The notes below the pieces were generated by a model. The model was given only the letters and a program-made list of their open reading frames with translations. It was not told the origin of the DNA and searched no databases. Below are positions 12,757 through 23,284 of a DNA stretch of 64,000 bases, piece by piece (the first letter of the stretch is position 1; each line of letters begins with the position of its first letter). The translations under genes were made by a program, and so were the position numbers. The DNA is from Rebecca billardiae RCC1528 (lineage: Eukaryota; Protista; Haptophyta): positions 1,178,001 through 1,242,000 of the forward strand of contig OZ251242.1 of the NCBI GenBank assembly GCA_965240325.2. Reading direction: 5' to 3'.

Positions 12757-13547
12757 ACGCTTCCTCCGCCGCCCCGCGCCGCGCGCGCATAGGGTTCGTA
12801 GTACAGCTCTCGCACGGTGCGCCAGTACCGGCGGACGACGTCGGGCGTGAGGCAGCGCGTCCACGTCCAGTTCTGCCCGTGCACGGCGTAGAAGTGCATC
12901 TGCAGCGAGGGCACGACTACCACGTCCGCCGCGCACCACGCGCCGCCGCGCGCGGCGCGCTGCGACGCCGCGCGCAGCTCGGCGCGCGAGGCCGCGCCCG
13001 CGCCGCACACCTGCACGCCGCGCTGGAGGAAGCGCGAGAGCGCGATGCGCTCGTACGCGTACTGGTCGTACAGCTCGCGGAACGGGAACGCGCGGTACAC
13101 GCAGAAGTGCAGCGGGCCGTCGCCCTTGGGCATCACGCGCTTGGCGCCCACGCACCGCCGCTGCGTTGCGTTGAACGGCCCGCCGGCAGACAGGATCGTC
13201 CGGTTGAGCTCGAGCAGCGAGGGCAGCGTGAAGAGCGCGCCGGTGGGCACGGCGGGGAGCGCGCGCGCGTCGAGCCACGGCACGTGCTTCTCGTGCCACC
13301 CGCGCCGCAGCATCGGGCAGAACGCGCCGGCGTCGCGCCGGCCGTCCGGCGGCGCAAAGACGTCACGAAAGAGCTCCGAGATGGCGACGCGCGGCCGGCC
13401 GGCGGCGCGCGGCGCGGCCGCGGGCGAGGAGAGGGGCGCGAGCGCGAGGAGGCAGGTGCATGCTGCCGCCGCACGCGCGGACGACGGTAGTACGCGCGGC
13501 CGGGCTCGCCGGCCGCTCCGAGCATGCACCCCGGGTGCAGCTGGCAT
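11535..13547 (-). CDS. Exostosin-family glycosyltransferase (CAZy GT47)
   Basis: C-terminal GT47 signature LARAVFCLEPPGDVLGRSHAYAAMVAGCIPVLIE, ADVVVVP motif and an N-terminal hydrophobic anchor; single exon. Confidence 0.85.
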
Positions 13548-13655
13548 GCGAAGCGGCGGTCATTCGGCCGCCATCTTGCAGACGACTGGCGAGTGGCAGC
13601 ACCGCGAGCACCGGAAGTCCGGAAGGAACCGCCCCCGCTGCCGAGCAAAATATTG

Positions 13656-16337
13656 ATGACGGCGGCGGCGATGATGATGCCCGCTTTTGGCGCGGCGAGC
13701 CGGCGGCGTGTTGCGGGCGCGATCGTGAGCGCGCTGGCGATCGCGCTGGCGATCGTGGCGCTTTCACGCACAGCCACCGAGCACCACGTCGCCACGCGCC
13801 TCGCCGCGGCCGTGCCCGCGCCGAGCGAGCGCGCGCGCGCGCGCACGCATCGGCACCGCCGCGAGCGCAGCGGCCGCGGCTCGGCGCAGCCGCCGCCCCG
13901 CACGGGCTCGGCGAGCGCGGGCGGGTGCGCGGAGGGTGGCGGCGAAGCGGCCTCGCCCAGCCTCGGCGACGACCGCTCCGCGCAGGAGAGCTTGCTCGCC
14001 GCGCTCGCCGCGCTCGCGCACGCGCGCAGCGCGGACGTCTCGGCGCATGCGCACGCGCCGAGCTCAGCCGCCGCGGCCGGCGAGGGCAGCCCGGCGCTCG
14101 GCGCGCGTGCCACGGCGGCGGAGTGCACGCCGTTGAACACCGAGCGCTTCGCCTGCACCCCCGACGGCGAGAGCCCGGCGCGCACGTCCGTCAGCGGCCA
14201 CACCGCGTACACGCCATGCTGCCCCGGCTCTGCAGCGCGGTACCAAGGTCTGTGGCGCGGCCACCGCTGCACAGCGGACGCGCTGCCCGCCGAGAGCGGC
14301 GGGGAGACGAGCGCGGGGTCGCGCGCGTACACGCTCGAGTGCGTCTCCACGGCGGTGGTGCCGCCGTGCCGCCGCTGCGACCTCACCTCCACGGCGGGCG
14401 CGAGCTCGTGCCCGCTCGCGCGCATGCAGCGGGGCCGGCGCTACTTGCTTTACCCAGGTGGGAGCACGGCATGCATCTTCGCGCCGACGCTCACGGGCGT
14501 GGGCGAGTGCGCCGGACGCGCGGGGAGGGAGTCGACGCGGTACTCGTTCGACGTGGTGCGCGGCGCGCCGCCCCGCGCCGGGCGGCGCGCCGCCGGCGCC
14601 AGGCTTCTCATCTACTTCCAGGGCGGCGGCGCGTGCTGGGACCACGGCACCACCACAGGGCCGTTCGGAGGCGTGCTGCCGCTGAACGGCAGCCTGTGCT
14701 CCACGCTCGCGGCGCCGGAGCTCGGGGGCATCCTCGGGCCCGCCGGGGCGGAGAACCGCTTCGGCGAGTACACGGTGGTGCAGGTGCGCTGCGGTGCGGC
14801 TGTGGCCCCCCCGGCACACCACCCAGCCACTCGCAAGCCGGAAGCCGCGCGCGTGCGCCCCGCCCAGTCGCCCGCGGCGCCCCGCCTTGCCCGGCGCGCG
14901 CTCACGCGCGGCCCTCGCCCGCCGCGCGTGCGCACGCAGGTGCACTACTGCTCGGGCGACGTGCACGCGGCCAACCTCACGCGGCCCTACCACTCGGCGG
15001 GCTGGCCGCACACGCCCGCCACGCAGCGCGGGTACGACAACACGCTGGCCGTGCTGCGCTGGATCGAGGCGCAGCCTGAGCTGAGCGCTCTGGACGATCT
15101 CGTGCTCGCGGGCGGCTCGGCGGGCAGCGTGGGCGCGCAGGTGTGGGCGGCGCACGTGCTGCGCACGCTCGGCAGCCGCGCCGCGCGCACCGCCGCCGTC
15201 TTCGACTCGTTCCTCGGAATCTTCCCGGAGGGCTCGGGCGTGCTCGGCACCTTCTCGGCGTCGGGCGCCGTGCTGCAGCACTCGTTTGGCGTGTGTGGCC
15301 TGGCGCTGCTGCTGAGCCGGGGGCAGCGCGCGGCGTGCGAGCGCGGCGCCCTCTCGCTGCGCGCGATCAGCGCGGACACGATCGCCGCCTTCCCGGACAC
15401 GCAGTTCCTGTTCGTGCAGAGCAAGCAGGACACGGTGCAGCGGCTGTTCTACGACGCGATGTACGCGAGCTACTGGGAGCACCTCGGTGCGCCGCGGCGG
15501 GCGCGATCGACCGGCCGCGCGCGCCGATGCGCGCCCGCCGCCGCCGCGCGCGCGCGGGGCGCGTTCGCGCGCCGTCGCGCCGATGCGATTGGCCGCGCTC
15601 GGCATGCGCGCCGCTGGTGCGCGTCTGCCTGCCCGTGTGCCGCTTCGCGCAGTGATGACCGACGCCGTGCGCGACGTCACGCTGAGCATGTCCGGGCGCG
15701 AGTGGTTCTACAACGAGAGCCTGCGCTATGTCGGTGCGTACACGCGCGCGGGCGCAGCGGCCGCGCGCAGGCGCGGCGGCGGCGGCGCGGGCAACGTGCG
15801 CTTCGCGCTGGTGAACGGCGACTGCCACGTGTTCAGCGCGGACGCCAAGTGGTTCAGCGCGACGAGCAAGGGCCCGCGTGGCGAGAGCGTGCAGTGCCCC
15901 ACCGCGTCCGACGCGTGCCCCAAGCAGGCGCGCGCGCTGGCGCGTTGGCGCGCGGGCGCGCCGCGCGCGCCGTGCGCCGCGCGCCGTGGCCCGTGCGCCG
16001 CGCGATGCGTGTGCCGACAACTCTCCCCGCCGCCGCGCAGGTGGGCGTGGAGGAGATGGCTCTCTTCCGAGCGGGCAAGTGCTGCGCGCATCCGGGTCAG
16101 CAAGCCATCCTCGCCGGCCCCGAGCCGCGCGCAGACCTGCCCCTCGCCGAGTGGGCGGCCGTGCCGCTCGTGCGCGCGCGCGACGCGGCGCCGGACGCGG
16201 TGCCGCCGCGCGTCGCGTCGATGGCCGACACGTGCTACGGCCCGGAGGAGGCGCCGATCGACGTGCATCCGCCACCATCGTCGGCGAGCGCCGCCGCACG
16301 CTCGCTCTACGCCTGCCCCGCGTATCTGGCGTACTGA
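13656..16337 (+). CDS. Pectin acetylesterase/Notum-family serine esterase, type II membrane; exons 13656-14783, 14940-15486, 15653-15927, 16041-16337
   Basis: Motifs LLIYFQGGGACWD, HYCSGDVH, RGYDNTLAVLRW and nucleophile elbow LVLAGGSAGSVG. Three introns keep the frame consistent; the third has a GC donor. Confidence 0.85.
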   Translation: MTAAAMMMPAFGAASRRRVAGAIVSALAIALAIVALSRTATEHHVATRLAAAVPAPSERARARTHRHRRERSGRGSAQPPPRTGSASAGGCAEGGGEAASPSLGDDRSAQESLLAALAALAHARSADVSAHAHAPSSAAAAGEGSPALGARATAAECTPLNTERFACTPDGESPARTSVSGHTAYTPCCPGSAARYQGLWRGHRCTADALPAESGGETSAGSRAYTLECVSTAVVPPCRRCDLTSTAGASSCPLARMQRGRRYLLYPGGSTACIFAPTLTGVGECAGRAGRESTRYSFDVVRGAPPRAGRRAAGARLLIYFQGGGACWDHGTTTGPFGGVLPLNGSLCSTLAAPELGGILGPAGAENRFGEYTVVQVRCGAAVAPPAHHPATRKPEAARVRPAQSPAAPRLARRALTRGPRPPRVRTQVHYCSGDVHAANLTRPYHSAGWPHTPATQRGYDNTLAVLRWIEAQPELSALDDLVLAGGSAGSVGAQVWAAHVLRTLGSRAARTAAVFDSFLGIFPEGSGVLGTFSASGAVLQHSFGVCGLALLLSRGQRAACERGALSLRAISADTIAAFPDTQFLFVQSKQDTVQRLFYDAMYASYWEHLGAPRRARSTGRARRCAPAAAARARGAFARRRADAIGRARHARRWCASACPCAASRSDDRRRARRHAEHVRARVVLQREPALCRCVHARGRSGRAQARRRRRGQRALRAGERRLPRVQRGRQVVQRDEQGPAWRERAVPHRVRRVPQAGARAGALARGRAARAVRRAPWPVRRAMRVPTTLPAAAQVGVEEMALFRAGKCCAHPGQQAILAGPEPRADLPLAEWAAVPLVRARDAAPDAVPPRVASMADTCYGPEEAPIDVHPPPSSASAAARSLYACPAYLAY

Positions 16338-16963
16338 CGTCGGTGGCAACCCCGGTCAAGCAGTGCGGTCTCCGGTCGTAAGTGGGAGGAGGAAGTACAG
16401 CAGGAGATACTCACTTTTTCATCGCTGAATGTTGAGAACTCTGATGAACGGCTGGATATTCACCCTTCTCATAATCATGGCCGTAGCGATTCTCAGGGGG
16501 CACCCATGGACAATCACGGGGCGATCCGGATATTAATCGAGTGGTTCGTGACCCCTCGGTTTGACGGTCCAAAGTTTTCGCGACGGTGGATGGGCCAATC
16601 GCCGTCGCTCATGGGAATATCGCTCTTACATCTTGAGCGCGTGGTTCAAGCGAAGAACTACTCTGCCTTCGCGCACCGGCCATGCAACGACCAAACACTC
16701 TAATAACTAAACTCGATCTCAGTTTTGTGTGCACTCTACGGGCTCGCTACCCCTTTTGTTACCCTAGGTTTGGCCAATCTCAAGTGCACTTCGTACATAA
16801 GGTTGTGGCCCATTTGAGTACTGACGACGCACCAGGCAATATGTGCTTCGTTATCGAGCGCGAGGCTCAATAAGTGGGGGTGTGAGTTGACGTTCGCGGT
16901 GATGAAATCTGCGAGAGCCGGTGTAGGGGGGGAAGACCGTTCGACGCGCGCCTGTTTGAAGTA

Positions 16964-18298
16964 ATGAGCAGCCGGAAGAGGCCGCACCGGCCCCGCCTCG
17001 ATCCACCTGGCCCACCGGCCACACCGCCTGCGCCGCCTTCCATGGCATCGCCACACCTGAGTTCCTCGCCGCCGGGGGGCGAGCGCCCCCCGCTCTTCCC
17101 GCTGAGCGACGACGAGCTGATCAGCTCGGTTGCCAGCGCCATCGCGCTGCACGTCGCCTCCGAGCCGTGCGAGTGCGTGCCGGACGCTCTCCGCCCCTTT
17201 GACGAGCGCGGCTTCGACACCGGCGTCAGCGAAGCTGTCGACGAGAGGTGCCCGACATTCGACGGCTCCGCCGCGTCGATACAGTGCCTACTCGAACAGA
17301 TCGTTGAAAAAGGGCTCGACGCGCGGGTGCGTTGCTCGCCCCCCGCCCCCACCCCACGCGCGCGCGCTCGCGCGTGCGAGTGGCCGCGTGCGACGGCAGC
17401 GGCTCACGCGGCGCACGCGCGCGCGCGCACGCCACGCCCACGCCAGGCGACGGTTTTAGCGCTCGTGCTGATCGAGCACATCCTCGAGCGCGCGGCGGGC
17501 TGCCCCTGCGCGCCCCCCTGCGCCCTCCCGCCCACCACCGCCAAGGCGGCCATCCTGACAACCGTCGTGCTCGCGTCCAAGTTCAACTACGACATCGGCG
17601 TGCGCATCCCGGCGCTGCGCAGCGACGCGGGGATCAAGTCGATCCTGGGGCCGGGGCTGGTGCGGTTGTTCGGGCAGATCGAGGAGCACGTGCTCAACCT
17701 CCTCGACTGGCACCTCGTCGTCAACGCCGAGGAGTACACGCGCGCGTACGCCAAGTGTGTCGAGCTCGCAGCGGCGGCCGGTCTGGCCGGCGACCTGGTC
17801 GCGATCACGCCGCTGCGCGTGACGAGCTACCACGTGACGTCGCCCACGGCGCTCTCGCCGACGGAGGAGCGCTCGCCCAGAGGCGGCGCGCTGCTCTCGG
17901 TGCCCACCGAGATGCGCAGCCCCGCCAGCACCTCGTGCCTCGCCGACTACGCAGAGGCACACGACGCGCAGCTGCAGACGCTCAAGGAGCTGCCCCTCGC
18001 CTCGCGGCTGCACAGCAGCTGGGGGGACTCGCGGCCGCGGCGGGCGTCGGGGCTGGGGCCGGGCGGCGCGCACGCGAGCGCCGCGCCGATGGACTGCGAG
18101 GACAGCCTCACGCCGGCCACGTCGGCCAACATCGACGTGCCGCCCGGAGGCGGCGGCGCGCACACTACGACGCCGCCGTCGGCGTCAGCGCGCAGCCGGC
18201 TCGGATTCCCGCCAGCGCCGCCCGCGTCGGGCGGCTACCAGCACCCTCACGCGCGGCGGGAGGAGCTGGCCGTACGCATGTCGGTGATCCGCGGATGA
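16964..18298 (+). CDS. PHO80/cyclin-U/cyclin-Y-like cyclin; intron 17327-17446
   Basis: Cyclin-box motifs LALVLIEHI, AILTTVVLASKFNYD, IEEHVLNLLDWHLVVNAEEY. In-frame 120-nt GTGCGT..CCAG intron. The start could be 17042. Confidence 0.75.
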   Translation: MSSRKRPHRPRLDPPGPPATPPAPPSMASPHLSSSPPGGERPPLFPLSDDELISSVASAIALHVASEPCECVPDALRPFDERGFDTGVSEAVDERCPTFDGSAASIQCLLEQIVEKGLDARVRCSPPAPTPRARARACEWPRATAAAHAAHARARTPRPRQATVLALVLIEHILERAAGCPCAPPCALPPTTAKAAILTTVVLASKFNYDIGVRIPALRSDAGIKSILGPGLVRLFGQIEEHVLNLLDWHLVVNAEEYTRAYAKCVELAAAAGLAGDLVAITPLRVTSYHVTSPTALSPTEERSPRGGALLSVPTEMRSPASTSCLADYAEAHDAQLQTLKELPLASRLHSSWGDSRPRRASGLGPGGAHASAAPMDCEDSLTPATSANIDVPPGGGGAHTTTPPSASARSRLGFPPAPPASGGYQHPHARREELAVRMSVIRG

Positions 18299-18363
18299 CG
18301 CAGAGCAGGCGGCGTCCCGCGCCGAAGCGCGGGCGTCGCCGCGAAACTCGGAGCGGTCGCTTT

Positions 18364-19690
18364 AGGCCCTTTCTCTCGAACGCCAGGCAATCCTGAAACC
18401 AAAACCTGAACCCAAAAGTGGTTTTTGGGACTCTGCGGCCTTTCTCTCGACGCCTGTGCAAGCTGGAAATCACAAAAGCCGAGATTGTCCGAGCAACCAA
18501 TCAGCAACTGCTTCGGCAGGCTTGCATCATACTGCGATGAGTGGGTGCGGCAATGCCGCCTGCAAACGGCGCGTGCCCTCCGAGGGTCGGAGTGCGGTGG
18601 CGGCGCGGGGCTCCAGGCATGGCAGAGTCGCTGTGCACCCCTCTCTGGGTTGCGCGCCTTCCTCGTCCTCGCCTTCTCCGCGCCTTGACGCAGCGCGCGC
18701 GCACGCGCCGCCGTGCACGCGCGGCAGCGCAAGGCCAAGGGATTGCGCGCCGCGCGCGTGGCGCGCGACGGGTCCGACTCGGGGCTGGAGCCACTGCGGG
18801 GGCACGCAAAGCCATCGCAAACGCACGCTACGTCGCCTCGAGCGTGCGTGTCGGTCTGCTTGCCATGCGCTAAAGGCTCACAGGTCTTTTTGTCACCGCA
18901 GGCGCGCAGGTGACCCTGACGCCGATGCGTCGGGATGATTATGTGGGCAAGACACGATGCCAGCCACGTACACGGCGCTGCCCAGCAACTACTTTATGGG
19001 CACCACTAGAGACGCCCTCACAAGCAGCCTTCGCATCGATCGCGTCTGCGCACTCAAGTTTCGTTGTTCAAGCTTCTCGCGCACGGCCGCACGTGAGTGA
19101 TGCTGCCAGAGGCACGGAACAGTTTGGAATGTGCATCAGCATAGCGCGCGCTGATGTTCAGGCCCACAGGCTCGAGACGACGCAGCGTGCGTTTGCGTGC
19201 CCCCGCAGTGGCTCCAGCCCCGAGTCGGACCCGTCGCGTGCCACGCGCGCGGCGCGCAATCCCTTGCGCTGCCGTGCGTGCACTCGGCGGCGCGTGCGCG
19301 CGCGCTGCGTCAAGGCGCGGAGAAGGCGAGGAGGAGGAAGGCGCGCAACACAGAGAGGGCTGCAAAGCGACTCTGCTACGGCTCGAGCCCCGCGCCACCA
19401 CCGCAGTCCGACCCGACAACCGCCGGAGGCACGGCGAGAGCGCCCCTGCAGCCGCGCACAGCGGCGGCTGGGTGGCGAGGTGGCAGGTCGAACGGTCGAT
19501 CTTGGGCAGGAGATTTTTTGGTTCGGAAAACGAACTGAAAACTGGAGCTCTTCCAGACCCGGCTCGTTTTTCAGTTCGTGTTCCGAACCAAAAAATCTCC
19601 GTTTCGGCACATGTGGAGATACAAGCCGAAACCCACTTTTTGGTTTCAGTTTTGGTTTCAGGATTGCCTGGCGTTCGAGAGAAAGGGCCT
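18364..19690. mobile_element. Non-autonomous TIR DNA transposon (MITE/foldback-like, possibly PIF/Harbinger)
   Basis: 42-bp perfect TIR AGGCCCTTTCTCTCGAACGCCAGGCAATCCTGAAACCAAAAC (about 60 bp imperfect), flanked by TTT on both sides (3-bp TSD). Internal ~250-bp inverted arms at 18584-18843 and 19170-19413. No transposase. Confidence 0.85.
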
Positions 19691-20671
19691 TTTAATGACG
19701 AGACAGACAGGTCAAATCCGAATACCGAGCACAGGCACTCTGGGTAGTGGCTGAGTACTGAGTCTCAGTAAGATTCATCCCGGCGGAACGCGGGTCTGTC
19801 CGACGTATCGGACCGTCAGTCCCGGCGCGGAGTCAAGAGTGACTCACGTACGGTAACGGTTACTCTGCCACTAACTTTCTGCACGGTTCAGGTTGACGCA
19901 GGTGAGTGTCAACGCCGCCCGTGAATTCTGATTCTGAGGACACTAGTATAGCACTTAGCAGTCGTAGCCTGATGATATTAGTGATGCTGAATTGATGGCG
20001 ATGATGCCCCCCCGGGGGGATGGCGGCCAGTCTGCAGGCTTCAGTCACCCCGCGCGGGGCCGACCCGGTCCCGGCGGCGTCTGCAATCCGCAACTCGTCA
20101 GGACTAGTTATTCACGGCGCCGCCGGACCGCGGGCCGCCCCCGGCGCGGACCGGCTCCAGTCGGTCACTGTCAAGTGTCAGGTATGAGGTTAAAGCCGTA
20201 CTCGGCCAGTCCGTGCCGATACCGTACTGAATAACTGATTATTCATGCTGCGTGATAGTTCTTAGACTCGGATCGGCACTGGTCACCGGGTCATCTCACT
20301 AGTCACTCTAGTCAGTGATGATGTAGTACATCGTCGACTCCAGCCAGCTGGCGAAATGCGCAGTCCCGCGGCGGTACGTCCGACGGCAGAATCACTTGAA
20401 TGCGTGGCGCAAGTGCTCGCGGCTTGGCAGCACGCGGGCCCGTGCATGCCGCCGCCATCGGCGCATGCGGACGCTCCCCGTCCCGTCTGGCCGGCCCGAG
20501 CCCGGACCGCGCAGCTTATCCCACACGCAGCCTGGCAGAACTCGACGGTCCGCGTACGGCGGACGCGGTGGTGGATCGAACGAAGATTTTAATGGCGCCG
20601 CGGACCCCCCGTGCGGGCCCGAGGCCGCCCAGTCTCGGCGCGCAGCCCTGCAAGTACAGCACCGCATACGC

Positions 20672-21809
20672 CTACTCGGCAAGGTGCACCTTGAGCGGGC
20701 CCGACGTCGGCTTCACCTTGACGTTCACGCCGTCCTTCACGAGCCGGTCGCGGCCCTTGAGCTCCACGTACACGTCGCGCTTCAGCTTGGTGAAGCCCCA
20801 GTTCTTCGACTCGAGGATCGACTGGCGGCCGGGGAACTTGTACTTGGCGCGGCGCAGCGACTCGACGCACGCCGCCTTTGCCGCGTCCCTCGTGCGCACA
20901 GACAGCAGGATCGTGCCGATGTTGACGCGCGCCGCCGTGCCGTACGACTTGCCGTACGCGCCGCGCATGCCGGTCTGCAGCCTGCGCGCGCGAGCGAGCG
21001 AGCGAGACAGAGACAGAGAGGCGGGGCAGCGGCGCCGAGCCAGGCGGGCGGGGGCCGGGCGTGTGTGAGACGGGCGAGGGAGTGGAGGCGGGTGGCACGC
21101 ACGCGCGCAGAGCGGATGACAAGGCGTGCCGTATCCGTGCGCCCGCTGGCGAGCAGGACGGTCCTGCCGAAACCCCCGTGGCACCACCGCCAGGCCAGGC
21201 CTCGCTAGACGCGCGCGAGAGCCACGCAGCTCGGGCCCTGGCCTGCTCGGCCCGCGCCACGGCTGACGCGGCGCTGGTCCGGAGCCGCATCCCGCGGCCT
21301 CGCGCGCTGCGGCGGTGCCGACGGTGGGCCGGCGCGCGCGGCGCGCACCGATCCGCGCCGGCGCACGAGAGCATCTTGTTGATGCGGAGCACGTGGAACG
21401 GGTGGGGCCGCACGCGCAGGTGGAAGCCATCCTTGCCGACCGACTTCACCATGTACTTGTTGCACGCGATGCGCGCGGCCTCGAGCGCCTCCGAGGAGAT
21501 CTGCTCCTTCTCGAGGGAGACGAGGTGGCAGGCGAAGGGGAAGTCATCCACTGGCGCCTTCTTCCGCCCGGCGTCGAAGATCCGGATCTTCGGATCCGGC
21601 ACGCCGCGGTTGAACCGCGACTTGGGGTATGCCTTGTTCTTCTGATACCTGCGGTGCGCACGCGCGGCGCAGGATGGCGGCGGACGGCGGAGCCCGCGAC
21701 GCGCAGATGCGGGCATTCAGCGGAGCTGCTCGTGCGGGTGCCTGCTGCCCCACGCGCGCCGCGCCACCGGCGCCGCGCACCGGTAGCACTTCGCCGGACG
21801 ACGCCCCAT
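20672..21809 (-). CDS. RPL10: 60S ribosomal protein L10 (uL16); exons 21809-21781, 21648-21349, 20981-20672
   Basis: Spliced product [35 protein letters not shown]...[30 protein letters not shown]; GT-AG introns. Confidence 0.98.
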
Positions 21810-21956
21810 CGCTGCCGCGACTCCCAGCTCCCACGCGAGCTGCGGATGGAGGCAGCCACGCGCCTCTGTTCGTCCGGGCTTCACTGTCGGACCGCTCGGA
21901 CGTGGGCTCCCGGACTTTTGCTTGGCTCCTGGCATCCGCGGTCTCGAGAGACAGCG

Positions 21957-22121
21957 ATGGTGGCAGCAGGGGCTCGCGCGGCGGGCGGCAGCGGCAAGTT
22001 CCTCGTGGGCGGGGCGTGCTTCGCGTTCGTCTTCGGCGTGTACGCCTACTCGATGCGCGCGGTCAAGCAGACTGGCATCACCACCGCCGACGTGGAGGAG
22101 TTCAAGCAGCGGGTAAAGTGA
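21957..22121 (+). CDS. COA3: Cytochrome c oxidase assembly factor 3 (COA3/CCDC56)-like small membrane protein, 54 aa
   Basis: MVAAGARAAGGSGKFLVGGACFAFVFGVYAYSMRAVKQTGITTADVEEFKQRVK: a single TM helix ending in GVYAYSMRAVKQ, resembling the COA3 G-I/V-Y-x-Y-T/S-x-x-x-V-x-Q motif. Confidence 0.65.
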   Translation: MVAAGARAAGGSGKFLVGGACFAFVFGVYAYSMRAVKQTGITTADVEEFKQRVK

Positions 22122-22465
22122 GTGCGATGGGGCGACTATGCCAAGCCACCAAGTGAGGGCTGTGGCCGGCCGACCGCGCGGGCCATTGAAAGGTGGGCGT
22201 GGCTGCTGCGGTGTCATACCGAGTGACGCTCAGCTCGTGGCTCTGTCCCTCCCGCGCGAACCACGGCGCCCGGTGAGCCGTGCATGTCGATGCAGCTCTG
22301 CGGCATAACCGCGGGTACGCGGCGGAATACATCAGTCGGGCAGCCGCCCATTATTCATCACATCAATCGTTTATAATCGCGCGGGCACGATCGGCGGCCC
22401 GGCAGCGACGGTGCCCGGCCTACAGGGTGGCTGACAAGGGCCAGTCGAGCTTACACCGGAGTAGT

Positions 22466-22536
22466 AATTCATTATTTATAATAATATTAAATATCGTAAA
22501 CAAGTACATATATATATAATTATTAAATATATATAT
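22466..22536. repeat. AT-rich/(TA)n microsatellite
   Basis: ttatttataataatattaaatat...tatatataattattaaatatatatat. Confidence 0.8.
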
Positions 22537-22989
22537 CTCATCTGCTTCATCGCCCAGAGCGCGCTAGGCGGCGCGCTCACTCTCCAAGCCCCTCTTCTGC
22601 AGCTGCGCGCCGCTTGGCCGGCGCGCGGCGACGCGCACTACTCGACCTCATCCTCATTCCTCATCCACTGCCAGGCGCCCACGCGGGCGCACGGGGGCGA
22701 CAGCCGCGGCTGCCGCTTGCCGGAGCTGCTCGCCGCTAGGTCGGCGGGCGGCGACATCGACTACGACCTCACCCTCATCCAAGTGCTCCGGAAGGCGCTC
22801 GGCCGCGGCGGCATCTGCCGTCGCCGCCGTGTGCCCCAGGCCGAGGCGGTGCGGCTCCATCCCGGCCCCGCTCCCGCAGGGGGGCAGGGCTGCGGGTGGC
22901 GCACTGTCTGACCTGGTCGGAAGGCGCGGACGCATTCTATGTGTCTGTTGCACTCTGAAGCCTGACGCTTGTCCGATGCTGCCACGTCG

Positions 22990-23045
22990 TTAAATATATA
23001 TGAGAGAGACAGACAGAGAGAGAGATTTTATTATATATATATAAT
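22990..23045. repeat. (TA)n/(GA)n compound microsatellite
   Basis: taaatatatatgagagagacagacagagagagagattttattatatatatata. Confidence 0.8.
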
Positions 23046-23284
23046 CGTCAATACCGGTCCACGCCGGTCCAGTTGTCAAGTGACTGACTCGGACTGGTAG
23101 TTCAGCTTTTGATGACGAGTTGACGACGGTCTGACCGACGGACACTGACACTGTGACTGACCGTGATGTCAGCCGAGCCGCATGCGCACGGCGCAGCCGG
23201 CGCAGCGCGATATCTGCTCCACTTGCTGCGCCAGCAGGCGCAGGCTGGTTGCGACTGCCCTGTGCCACGGCGTACTGCTGAGTG

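Noticed and set aside
16380-16900. Low-GC stretch as a possible RNA gene or organellar insert
   Set aside because: No tRNA, snRNA or rRNA consensus recognised; treated as intergenic/promoter DNA.
20982-21348. Possible intronic snoRNA in RPL10 intron 2 (the vertebrate gene hosts one)
   Set aside because: No C/D boxes or convincing H/ACA boxes on the sense strand.
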